Shown here: piece by piece, positions 36,451-48,000 of the stretch
Numbering within the stretch: the stretch's first letter is position 1
How the letters are laid out: each line of letters opens with the position of its first letter
From: Nemertoderma westbladi
Taxonomy: Eukaryota > Animalia > Xenacoelomorpha
Reading direction: 5' to 3'
Assembly: GCA_032718475.1 (NCBI GenBank)
Contig: JAUCBJ010001254.1
Coordinates: 29,275 to 93,274 of the forward strand
DNA length: 64,000 nt
Translations under genes and position numbers: made by a program
The notes under the pieces: model-generated
Database searches by the model: none
What the model was told of the DNA's origin: nothing
What the model saw: the letters and a program-made list of their open reading frames with translations, nothing else

Positions 36451-37581
36451 GGATAGTACTTAAGTCATATCTGAACCTATCTGAACCCAATCTGAAGCCA
36501 ATCTCGAGAATTATACCAAATCTGAACCCAATCTTAATCAGAAATAGAAAGAGGGGTAAATTATAAATTTTTGCATTAACAATTTTTAAATTTGAAGAAA
36601 TTTTACATATCTTTTTTCATATTTGAATTTACGGGCAGTCGTAGCACTACTGCTGTATTAGGGACCGCAGTTACTGCTGTATTGTACTGCTGTGCAGTCG
36701 TTAACGGCTGCCCGCAAATTTAAAGACTAGAGTTCCGTATAGAACTGCATTTTTAAAACATATGTCATTGTTACTATGGCAACGTTGAAGAGTTCGAGAA
36801 CAATAGACAAGTAATATATACTATTCTAGAACATAAATAAAATAAAAAATATTATGTTTTAGAACATATAGCTGGTTTTTTTAATTTAAAATATCTAGAA
36901 ATAAAAAATAATTTTTTTAGATTTTAAAATCGCTAGTATATTTAAAATAATATACAATATAAAGTATGTTAAAAAAATTATACATTTAAATAGTTTGCAT
37001 TAGTTCGAATACATTTAAATTGACATGAATAAAAATGTTTTTGACTACAAAATATGTTTTTAATTAGTTTGTTAATCTATTGGGTATTTGCATTTGATTG
37101 CCTTAAATAATTCAATGAATCCATTCAAATTTCCCTTACGTATCTGACGTCTCCACAAGTATTCGATAAGTTTTTCAGAGAATTTATATTTCTATCACTA
37201 CATACGCTTTGCTACCATACATTAAAAAAAATTATTACTAGCTATTTTAAATTTAAAAAATTACTAGCTATATGTTCTAGAAAAACAATTTTTTTATTTT
37301 ATTTTTGTTCTAGAATAGTGTATATTATATATTTTTTGTTCTAGAACTTTTCACTGTTGCCATATTAACAATGATTTATGTTTGTTACCAATTTAAATAT
37401 GAAAAAAGATATGTAAAATTTCTTCGAATTTCAAAATTGTTAATGCAAAAATTTATAATTTTCACCACTCTTTCTATTTTCGATTCAGATTGGGTTCAGA
37501 TTTGGTATAATTCTCGAGATTGGGTCCAGATTGGGTTCAGATTGGGTTCAGATAGGTTCAGATATGACTTAAGTACTATCC
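36451..37581. mobile_element. MITE with long TIRs (GGATAGTACTTAAG...) enclosing a MITE of another family
   Basis: TIRs of about 175 bp with ATCTGAACCC subrepeats. The interior ~36727-37390 matches the CTAGAGTTCCGTA family. TSD not clear. Confidence 0.85.
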
Positions 37582-37844
37582 GTTAATAAAAATATATATA
37601 CAGTAGTTTACATTTTTGAATAGTAAAAGCTGTATTTTGCATCTTCCTATATTTTGTATAAAAAACTAGCTAGTTAATAATTACTAGCTACTACTTTGAC
37701 AACCGGTATCAAATAAAAATTACTAGCTACCGTGAGTCATAAATTATTCCAAGCAAATATATAATATAATTGAGAATAAAATTATATCTTAAATTTTTTT
37801 ACTACCTAATAAATAGTACTAGCAAAATCAAAATCAAAATTGTT

Positions 37845-38115
37845 AATAATAATAATAATTGTACTTATATTTGTTATAGAAGGCGCCTTTAGGGGTCTTA
37901 CGACCGACCTTATCAAAGCGCTTGCTTTTTATTATCATTACCCCATCAAAGCCAGGTTTCCATTATACCGCTGGGTTGGCGTAGGCACCAAGGTCTAAAG
38001 TGTCTTGCCTAGGGACACAACAGTGCGAAATTTATACAACCTTTAGTCGGATTCTAACCTGAGCCACCAACACTATCGTGTAAGCAGTTCAGGCGCCGTA
38101 TCCACTCGGACACTG
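37845..38115 (-). mobile_element. tRNA-derived SINE with conserved core and (TTA)n tail
   Basis: Minus strand: GTCCGAGTGG A-box, GGTTAGAATCC B-box-like, core GTTGTGTCCCTAGGCAAGACACTT, and a (TTA)n tail. Confidence 0.75.
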
Positions 38116-38734
38116 TGACATTGTTAGCTACCATCTTACTGAGAGAAGGTTAAATATTTGTTCTAGAACAAAAAACCTCATGATAAAAGCCATTTTCATA
38201 TAAAAATTTTGTTTTTAAAATTTTAACGCACTATCGTAGTGGTAATTGTCGCCATCTTACGTGTTCTCCTTATTGGTAAAGGTTCGCTTATTTCTATGGC
38301 TTTACGCGTTAGGCAGTAGTACGGAAAATTGAGATGATCCATCGGGACTTGACTCACAATGCTACTATTAGTTACTTGCTGTAAACCAATCTCTGGAACT
38401 GTCTCATACTACAAAAGTCCTGAAACATAATGTCTTAATTTTGCTTCACAACATTCACAACCCACCCCTAATGTTTTAGAATTTTATTTAAAATAAATAG
38501 CTAGCTATCAATTTAAATGTATGAAGTATATGAAGTATATTAGTTACTGTATAATAAAAAAAATTTGCGAATACATGAACGGCACAACTATTTAATTTAT
38601 TTATTCGGAATTGGCACTAATATACTGTAGTACCGGTTCTAAAATTTTGAATTTTTTTAATGAATAAAACACACTAAAACACATTTATTTCTATAATAAT
38701 TTCGATTCTAGAATATTCTATAATGTTTTGAGTA

Positions 38735-39667
38735 CACCATGTCCTGGAATATAGTGTCGTTATTCAGGTATCTGCCCCCCCCCCCCCCCCCCCCCAAAAA
38801 AAAAGAATTTCTACAAATCGTGATGAGATTGCATGAAATTTGAAACAGAGATAGTTTCACTTCCCTCCTCCTTGTTGGGTGAGCCAGAATTTTTATTTTG
38901 GCTTTCATTCTTTAGCTACAAACGTTTAAAAAAGATGTCTGATTGTGTGATATTTCACCAGTTACACTCCTGTTATTCTTCAACCTTATAGTGATTTCTT
39001 GGTACTGATGGAAAGCTGGCCATGTAAGGATTCCAAATATGTAACATAATCTGAATTTGGTTGGGAAATAGCTCAGATGTGAGCTTTCAAAAGTTGCATG
39101 GTTTTGCATCTGCATGAGTTTATTTTATTCTATTAAATAAAAATACCATATTCTAGAACATTTTGTTTATTTATGAATAGCTACGTAATAGTATAATTAA
39201 AGAGGTATTGCATTGTTGCCCAGCTACGTATGGAATAAACAAAATGTTCTAGAATATGGTACATTAATTAAATAGAATAAATGGCCTGCTGCAGGGGAAG
39301 CAAATACATACATCATTCATCATCATTCAGCAACATATCTCAGGTGTTTCCCAACCAAATTCAAAATTTTTTACATATTTGGAATCCTTGCATGGGCAGC
39401 TTTCTATTGGTACCATCAAATCACTATAAGGTTGAAGAATGATTGCACTGTGACCTGTGAAATATCGCCGGAGACACCTTTTTCAAATACTTGTAGCTAA
39501 AGATAGAAAGCAAAAATAAAAATTCTGGCTCACCCACCACGGAGTAGGAGGGAGGTGAAACTATCTCTGTTTCAAATTTCATGCAATCTCATTACGATTT
39601 GTAGAAAAATTGGGGGGGGGGGGGGGGCAGGTACCTGTATAACGACACTATATTCCAGGACATGGTG
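38735..39667. mobile_element. Foldback MITE with TA TSD
   Basis: TIRs CACCATGTCCTGGAATATAGTGTCGTTAT, with inverted arms of about 350 bp plus an inner inverted repeat. The terminus is related to 4883-5293. Confidence 0.9.
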
Positions 39668-41128
39668 TATATTTTGACACAAAAACATTATATTATTAAA
39701 GTTGTTACTACCTCCAAGTGCAGTTTTATATACTGTAATCTATTGTGAGAATGAGTGGTGACATTAAATCTAAACGTAACGTACTTAAACACACTTATTT
39801 GTCCTAATTAATCAGACAGAGCGTTGCATAACAAAAAAAGAATTATCTAGAACAATTATATTTTTAAATTGACAATCAAAATATTCTATAACAATAACTG
39901 CCCATAATAAAATATCAACTAAACTTGTTAAAAGAAATGGCAAGATGGCGCCAAAATTTCGGAGCTAAAACTACCAAAAATAAGTATAAAAACGTACGCC
40001 TTTGTTATAGAACAGAACATATTTTTTTGGGAACAGTTCCTCCCGTTCCAACAATTTCGTTGTTTTTTTTCCAACAAATTTTCAAGCTTTTCTGTCAGTT
40101 TTTTTTATAAATGTTCTAGAACGTATATTAGGTGTTCTAGAACTTTGAAAAAAGTTCTAGAAAATTTTGATTATTAAAATTTTTTCTTTAAAAGAGAAAA
40201 TTATTTAAAAAATTGTTAAATTTTATTATTTTTATGCAATTTTGCCTGTTTTTTTTTCTATTGAAAGGAGTTCTAGAACATTTATTAAATGTTCTAGACC
40301 ATATACCAAATTAAAAATGAAATAAAAGAAATATACGATGAACGTTCCAGTTACGACAAATGTAACGAATACGCCGACAAATTCGCGTCAAAGGTGATCG
40401 GATATCTCTGGCGACGCGTAATTAATGAAAGAATGCCTTCTTGGAAATTATACACTCAATTAAAGAACAATACAAATTTGTAAAAAATAACAATACGTTA
40501 TTTTTAAAAATAAAAAAACTACTGTACGTATATAACTCAGAAGCCAAATAGAAAATAATAGCTATAGATATAAATTACTAGCTATAATGTATTATATTTT
40601 TTATCATATTTTTTATGATCTATTAAACTGCATGTTTAAATTGTCCAAATTTCCATATTATTTCCATAAATTTCCAATTCTGAAAACCGCTATTTAATAG
40701 CTCTTTGAGTTTTCAAGTTATAACAATTTCCATTTAGGGAGACCTACAGTACTACTCCTACAATTTTAGAGCAATTAGTCTAAAAATATCTGTGGTTGTC
40801 TACATAGCCATCCTACAAAAAAGTTATATCAGACAACTTTTTGAATTTATAACAAACCTAAAAAATTAGCATAAATATACAGCGCCACCTAGCGGTGCAG
40901 ATTTATTTTCACAAAATTTCGCCAGATACTTTAGTTATGTTTCCCAATCTTTGATCTATCAAATAAAAAAACTTTCATGTGATTAGGTTCAAAACTGTAA
41001 AAGCCTTAGGGTTTTAAGCGCAACCAAGTTTTTTTTATTGTTAACTAGTATTAACTAATATTAAATAGCGAAAAATAAAATTTTTCTAACCTGTCATTCC
41101 AAGTTATAGCCAAAACCAAACAAATTTG

Positions 41129-41856
41129 GGCTAGAGTTCCGTAGGCAGTCGCAGTTGATATTTTGATTTTAATTAATGAAATTAATTAATTTTTTCCATA
41201 GTAATGCATAACTGACTTCATTGCAACATTTTTCAAAAAAATATTGTGCTCTAGAACATTAGCTAATTGACTAGCTAGTAATTTTTCAAAACATGATTTA
41301 TTATAAAATAAAATAAATATTTTTTTTTTGAAATTTCTAAAAATACTGCAATTTTTTTGTGTTTTAGAACATTAGTAGATATGTATTTTATTGTAGCTAG
41401 TGTTTTTTTACTAGCTAGTATTTTTTGTAATTATAAAAAAATGTGAAAACACTTATATTTCAAGTTTAAACTCTTGCAGGATATATTAATGACCAATATT
41501 GATGTTATTATAGTAGTTTACATTTCTTGCATGGTAACAATGACTTATGCTATAAAAATGTAGTTTTTTTGTTAATTACTAGCCAATTTAAAGTTGAAAA
41601 ATAACTAGCTATATTTTCTAGAACATTATATTTTTTTTAAATTTTTTTTTTTTTTTAAATAAATGGAACTGTAACCTTTTCATTAGCTGTAGCTAATGTT
41701 CTGAAAATAGCTAATTGTATTCTGGAACACAATATGTTTTTAAAAAATGTTGTGAGGAAGTCAACTGAGTAATTTAGTACTAAATCAGCCATTATATGTG
41801 CCTATACATTTCATAAGATATTTTTAGAAAATGTGACTGCATACGGAACTGTTCCC
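41129..41856. mobile_element. MITE with 8-bp TSD
   Basis: TIRs GGCTAGAGTTCCGTAGGCAGTC / GACTGCATACGGAACTGTTCCC, flanked by CAAATTTG on both sides. Confidence 0.8.
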
Positions 41857-42522
41857 CAAATTTGAAACGCTGAGAGTTGACCGAAAATGGTGTAGACCGA
41901 CCACCCCCCCCCCCCCCCCCCCCTGTAGCAATACAAGTACAAAAAATAAAAGTACGGTTCCGTGTTTACGTTAAATAATACCTTTATTTTAACTTTTCAC
42001 TTCTCCACTTTTCCAGCTATATACCAAAAATCCCCAAAATAGCTAGAACAGGGTCTGGCTCATTATTTGAAAGTGGTGGAAGAGAAAAGTTTTTCAAACG
42101 CTTGTAGAAAAAATAAAGGGAAGTTCTAAATTTCCTACAAGAAAGTCAAGTGTAAATTGTAGAAAAATTAGTAGGTTGGGCTTGGGGGGGTGTGGTGGAG
42201 ACATGTGACAGAATTAAGACATTACATTCCAGATGTATTGTCATTATTATTACATAATACACGGAATCATTGGTCTACACAGTACAAGACATCAGAAACC
42301 TATGTTAGTTACCTACTTGACGCACATGTACAGTAGTTTTAAAGAAATTAAGTTATTTTTCGTGTTACGCTAAATTAATTTAGATGTTATATTCATTAAT
42401 ATTTAAACGTTCGGAATGTGTAAATTAATAAAAAATGTTCTGGAACAATTTATTTCCCAGTAAACTTAATATACCGTATACAACTATCTATTTATTTATT
42501 ATTATTATCTATTATTTATATA

Positions 42523-42750
42523 CACCATGACCCGTAATATAGTAGCATTTTCTGATGACACGGACCCAGATTTTTCTACAAATCTTTTATCATATTGCTT
42601 GAAATTTTTGAAACACAACTACTGTAGTTCCACTCACCGTCGATGACCCCATGAAGCCGGAATTTTCGATTTTGCCTTTAAATTCTTTTTATAAGCGTTT
42701 TAAAAAAGTGACTTTTGCGAAATCGTACCCTCTGTATCGTAGCCATTCTT
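42523..42750. mobile_element. Truncated copy of the 4883-5293 MITE
   Basis: CACCATGACCCGTAATATAGT...GAAGCCGGAATTTTCGATTT...CCCTCTGTATC aligns with 4883-5120. Confidence 0.85.
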
Positions 42751-42799
42751 GTAGTCATTGTAGTCCTCCATCGTAGCCATTGATAATAATGGCATAAGC

Positions 42800-43275
42800 T
42801 CCAGGGATGGTTGTAGCATGTGGATAACTTCTGCTACACAGGATCATGTGAAAACCTTCGGATATGTAAGGGGAAGTCATGGGCAGCGTTGAGTAGTCTG
42901 CCCAGGATTTAGAAGTCCCATAGAATAAAATGGAACCTCAAGGTTCGATTATTTATGGCAGCACTATTGTAATACCAGTACTCTTATATGTGATTACATT
43001 CTGGGCTCTAACTGTTGCGGATACGCTGAGGATGCTATTATAAGAATTATACGCCGGGTTCACTGTGTCAAGTACAATGAACACATCTCCAATCAGATTC
43101 TATACAACATTGGAGGTGTTTCATTAGTCTCCCCTATCTTTACACTTGAACGGATCCGCCTCCGCTTTGCAGGACATTGCTTTCGCCGTGAGGACCAACC
43201 AGTGCATAATCTTGTGTTTTGGCGGCCTCATGCAGTGAATAACCTTGGTGGACACGCCATGACTTTTACAAGATG
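42800..43275 (+). pseudogene. Decayed RTE-like LINE 3' region, interrupted by element C (continues 51263-51360)
   Basis: Broken frames KGKSWAAL, LKVRLF, FAGHCFR, and after element C LLKDTGLE, in the order typical of RTE-clade C-termini. Confidence 0.7.
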
Positions 43276-43812
43276 TGTGACGGGATCCAGGAGGGATCCC
43301 GATTTATCCGATGTGGTATTTAGTCCACGCGTCCCCGCCGTGTATAAGAGTGAAATAAAGATAACTGAGTTCTGAAGTTCGGTGTATAATAATAGGTTAT
43401 AGGATATAGATATATTGTGAATGTGTACAAGGCGGGATACGGTAACTAAAGTCCCGTGATCCCCTAACTAAACTAATTGGCTGTACCCTACGCTAGCACT
43501 GCTGCACTGAGGTAACTGAATCACTGATTAATAGGTTATTGGTTATATTGCACGGTGGCCTTACTGCTACTCAATCGATGCCATTCCCCCCTCTGATTGG
43601 TTAATACCCTTGTTGGCGCCCCGTGGAGTATTCCCGTTCACTCCACCTGTTCTCCTTGGGTTAGGGGTTTGGCCCCTGACCTTCTGTTGTGTGCCTCCTT
43701 CCCACTCTTATTGGGATGGCACGAGTTGGTTAATTGCCCAATCTCGTGGCTCCCAATATTGCTTATCGGCTAATAACTTTATGGGGTGTTGGCGGGATTG
43801 AATAAGCTAACA
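43276..43812 (-). repeat. 3' LTR of element C
   Basis: Direct repeat of 50721-51257 with TG...CA ends. Confidence 0.97.
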
Positions 43813-44389
43813 CTCCCCCCCATGCTATCTTCCCGGTAAGAAGATAGCATCAACCAAAAAGTGCGTTACAATCCCGCTGGATCCCGATCTAGTATCGGGT
43901 GTGGGGTGGAGTTATTTTCTTTTCGGAGCCGGCTTTCCGGGCCGCTCCCTATGGGTATGATGTCACTACCCTCTGGCGTCTCGTGTCGGGCCGATCGTGC
44001 GCTTCTCTCACACAATTTTTGTTTCCCCAACACTCTCACCACTCTAACTTCGCTCTCTAACTCAACTCGCTCTCTCCCCACTCTTACACTCTCCCCACAC
44101 CTGAATCGCACTCTAACTTCTCGCCAACAGCTCTTCTCACTATCTCCTCTCTAATCTCTGCCACTCTCTAAGGCCCTGACCTCTAATGCTACCCCTGTGC
44201 TATCATACTATCTACCTTATCTAACTTACTAACACTAACTATCTAACTCTACTAACTACTAACTCTGCTACTTCTAGCTCTAACTGAGAGCCTCTAACTT
44301 TCTACTAACTCTAACTAGAACTCTCTAACTTTCTGCTAAGTCTACTAACTCTTTTCTAACTCTAACTAAAATCCTCCAACTAACTTTAT

Positions 44390-44870
44390 CTCTATCTACG
44401 TGGCGCTAACGGTGCCCACAACCACAACCGGTACTACGTACCCTCTTACTAACTCTATCTCCATCTACGTGGCGCTAACGGTGCCCACAACCACAACCGG
44501 TACTACGTACCCTCTTACTAACTCTACCTCCATCTACGTGGCGCTAACGGTGCCCACAACCACAACCGGTACTACGTACCCTCTTACTAACTCTACCTCC
44601 ATCTACGTGGCGCTAACGGTGCCCACAACCACTCTACTACTGCTTCTACTCTGCTACTATCTTTCTAACTCTATCCTCCAACTAACTTTATCTCTATCTA
44701 CGTGGCGCTAACGGTGCCCACAACCACAACCGGTACTACGTACCCTCTTACTAACTCTATCTCCATCTACGTGGCGCTAACGGTGCCCACAACCACAACC
44801 GGTACTACGTACCCTCTTACTAACTCTACCTCCATCTACGTGGCGCTAACGGTGCCCACAACCCCACTAC
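44390..44870. repeat. 69-bp tandem repeat in the 3' UTR of element C, two blocks, about 7 units
   Basis: Unit CTACGTGGCGCTAACGGTGCCCACAACCACAACCGGTACTACGTACCCTCTTACTAACTCTACCTCCAT. Confidence 0.95.
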
Positions 44871-45066
44871 TACTACTCGTGGCATGACAATATGCCACAC
44901 TCCCTTGCCCCGCCGCCTTCTAACCCTACTTCTTACTATCCTCTACTAACTATTATTTAATTATTTTATTATTTATTATTTTTAATTAAATAATTATTTT
45001 TGTGGGGAGGGCGTCTCGCCCTCATTCCCACCCCCCTCAGTCCAAAATATTGGACGACTAAACCTC

Positions 45067-48000
45067 CTAACTAGGGCGATTCTTCCAACAGGCACTCTCC
45101 CACTGCTGCTCTTGTAGGTCCTGTAGGATTCGCCGCACTCTCTTTGCCAATTCCATCTCACCAGGAATTGGTTCTCCCTCTTCTGCCACCCTGAAATCGG
45201 GTCTCTCCGCCGCCTTCTTAACTAGCTCATCTCCTGGCATCAAAATGCCACCTCCCTCCTTGTTGTCTCCCGCCGGCAGAATGAATAGAAAGTGAAAGAA
45301 CAGGCAGAACAGAAGGTAGAATAATAGTCCTATCCCTTTCCATCCTGCCTTCCTTCTCGAGTTCCCCCTTGTCGGTATGCCTCCCAACCGGACCTGCGTC
45401 TCTTCCGGACACTCCTCTGGACACTCCTCCAGACACTCCTTCCTACACTCCTCCGGGCACTCCCCCGGAGTGTTGTCCTCCGGACACCTCGCCGTCCGCT
45501 CCGCTCCATCTCCATACCGATGCTTGTTGGGAAACCTACTCTCCTCTGCCCACTTTCTTACTGTCACCTCCCTATCTGGCTCTACTATCTCCTGTTTCTC
45601 CTCTTTGTCCACTGCGCCTGCGGTGCCTGGTAACATGCACCCTGATGTCTCTGTCACACTGCATGGGATCTTAGTTTTAACTGGGCCGCTAAGCATCCAT
45701 CCGAACGGCGTGAGGATTGCCGTCGGGTCCCGCTGCCTGTCTTCGCCGAAGACCGTCTTCATCCTCTCATGGGCCGTCGGGCAGTCCATTCCTACTATAA
45801 TGGAGACCTTCCTAACGTCCACCTTTGGTATTGAGAAATCGATACCGTCCAGGAATCTATACTGCTCGACCTCAGTGTTGGTTGGTCGCCTGGCGTTGAT
45901 GTTTATCGATTCGATGACGTGGATGGGGTCGATTGTCGCCCCATAGCCGCATCCCGGTGCAATCGCTGCTATCCTGCACCGCCCCGTCCTCGTCTCCAGG
46001 ACCTCATCTTTACTCGAGACGGTAGTCACCGCCATTCTATTCGGCCTTGTCTTTAGCCCTATCTCTTCGGCCACCCAGTTCTCCACCAGCGTGAAGGCTG
46101 CTCCGGTGTCGACCAGCATTAATGTCGTTACTGATCGACCGCCCTCTCCTGATATCTTTACTGGTACTACCCCGAGTAGTACTTTTCTCTTCTTCTCCTC
46201 TTCTGGCGTACTTGTAGCCATTGTTTGGCCTCCAGTCTCGGACTCTCTAACTGCTGTTTCTCCACACTCTCCGGACCTGTGTTCTTCTACCACGCATCGA
46301 TGACATAGTCCGTTTGCGTTTGTGTAGGCTACACGATCTTGTTTGGGCAACGCTTGCCAGTGCTTACAACTCCTGGTCTTATGTGTTCCGTCTCGATGTA
46401 ATTGACATTCGAATCCTGGATTATAGCGTTCCCTGTATAGTCCCTCACGTATCGCGCCTAGGTTTATATGTACCGATTTAGTGTTTTGGTTGTCTGTATT
46501 CGGCCTACTGGGTACATTGGGATTATGTTTAGTTATGGTGTTATTTTCTTTCTGTCCCCGCCATGGTGTGGCCCTGCTACCAGCTAACTGTGGACTAGCA
46601 GTCCCCTGTGTGGCCGCATGTGGTAGTGATTGTCCTACTCTCGGGAGTGGATCTGCAGGATCGTGTTCGGGTTTATGGCTTGTCCCCAAACTATCCTCAC
46701 TATAGACTGGGTCTGTTATTAATTCGGCTTCATAGTTGAGGAAGCTCGACATCTCTTCTAAGCCCGGTTCCGCACCCTTCTTCTCCCGTGTGGAGAAGGC
46801 GATCTTCCTCCATTTGTTGCGCAGCCAGCTCGGTAGTGCCTGCGCTATCGTGGTGATGTTATTGGACGCGTTGAGCTCGTATGGCGCGTCTAGCGTCTTC
46901 AGCACGATCAGCGCCTTCTCGACTTTGTTAGCAAACGTCTTAATGCTAACAGGATTATCCTGTAGGCCACCCGATGTTATGCCTCTCAGCGTTTGCCTGA
47001 TGATCTTGGCCGGGTGCCCGTATTCCCTATCCAGTGCCCGCCATGCTGTCGTGAAGCCGCCCTCTATTCCCTGATATTGCCTCACGATGTCGTATGCTGG
47101 GCCTCCCGTGTACACTTGTAGATACTTTAGGCACTCCGCCTGCGTCAAGTTTTTTGTTAGTATTTCGTTACTATACATTCGCCGAAACTGTAAGTATTCT
47201 TCCGGCCTGCTCCCATCGAATTTGAACGGTTCCACGGGTGGTAATTCGATCCTCGTTTTCAACGCATCGATCAACGTGGCCATCCCCATTGCCTGCGCTT
47301 CTAATGGATTCGACGGGTGCTGCATAGTTTCCCCTGTCTGGTGCGGTTCGTCCGTCCTATTTCTTGATCTTCTCTGACTCGGATATGTCATCGGGGGTAG
47401 CGGCCCCCTCCATATGTCTGTATCACACGACCTGTTTTCATCTAGGGGTCTCGTTGTTCTTGTTCCTGTCGGGGTATATTGTTGATATTGTGATGGGGGA
47501 ATGTCACCCTGTCCCCCCCCCACCGGTATGTCTGGTACTGGGGTTGATGTTAATATGTTGGGGCCCATACACCTATCCGCAATAATTCCCCCTTCCCCTG
47601 GGTATATGTTATGTCCCTGCATGCTGTAGTCATACTGCTGTGCTGGTACCGGTATAGGCCTATCAGCTTCTGGCCTACTCGCCGGTATGTATTCCGCGAC
47701 TTCCGGGTTTAATCCCGTTGTCCGCGCTATCCTATCGCCTACATTGCCTCTCTCAGTATGGCCTACGGTATGTGCAGTAAGACCTACAGTATGCCCTACA
47801 GTCTGCATGTGTTGCTCGGGATCGAAGTTTATTTTTCTCGAATAATCCTCCCCGCGGTTACCGTATTCTCGATCGGTAGGTATATTCCGTCGGAAAGTTT
47901 CTCTTCGACCCCCCTCTCCACTGTTTTCATCTTCGTACCGGTACATCGCGTACCCCTCTCTCGGCGTGTAATGCGTCTCACCGGATCGCATCCCTCCGGG

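Noticed and set aside
44400-44887. Thr-rich mucin-like ORFs
   Set aside because: Antisense readings of the 69-bp tandem repeat, with non-ATG starts.
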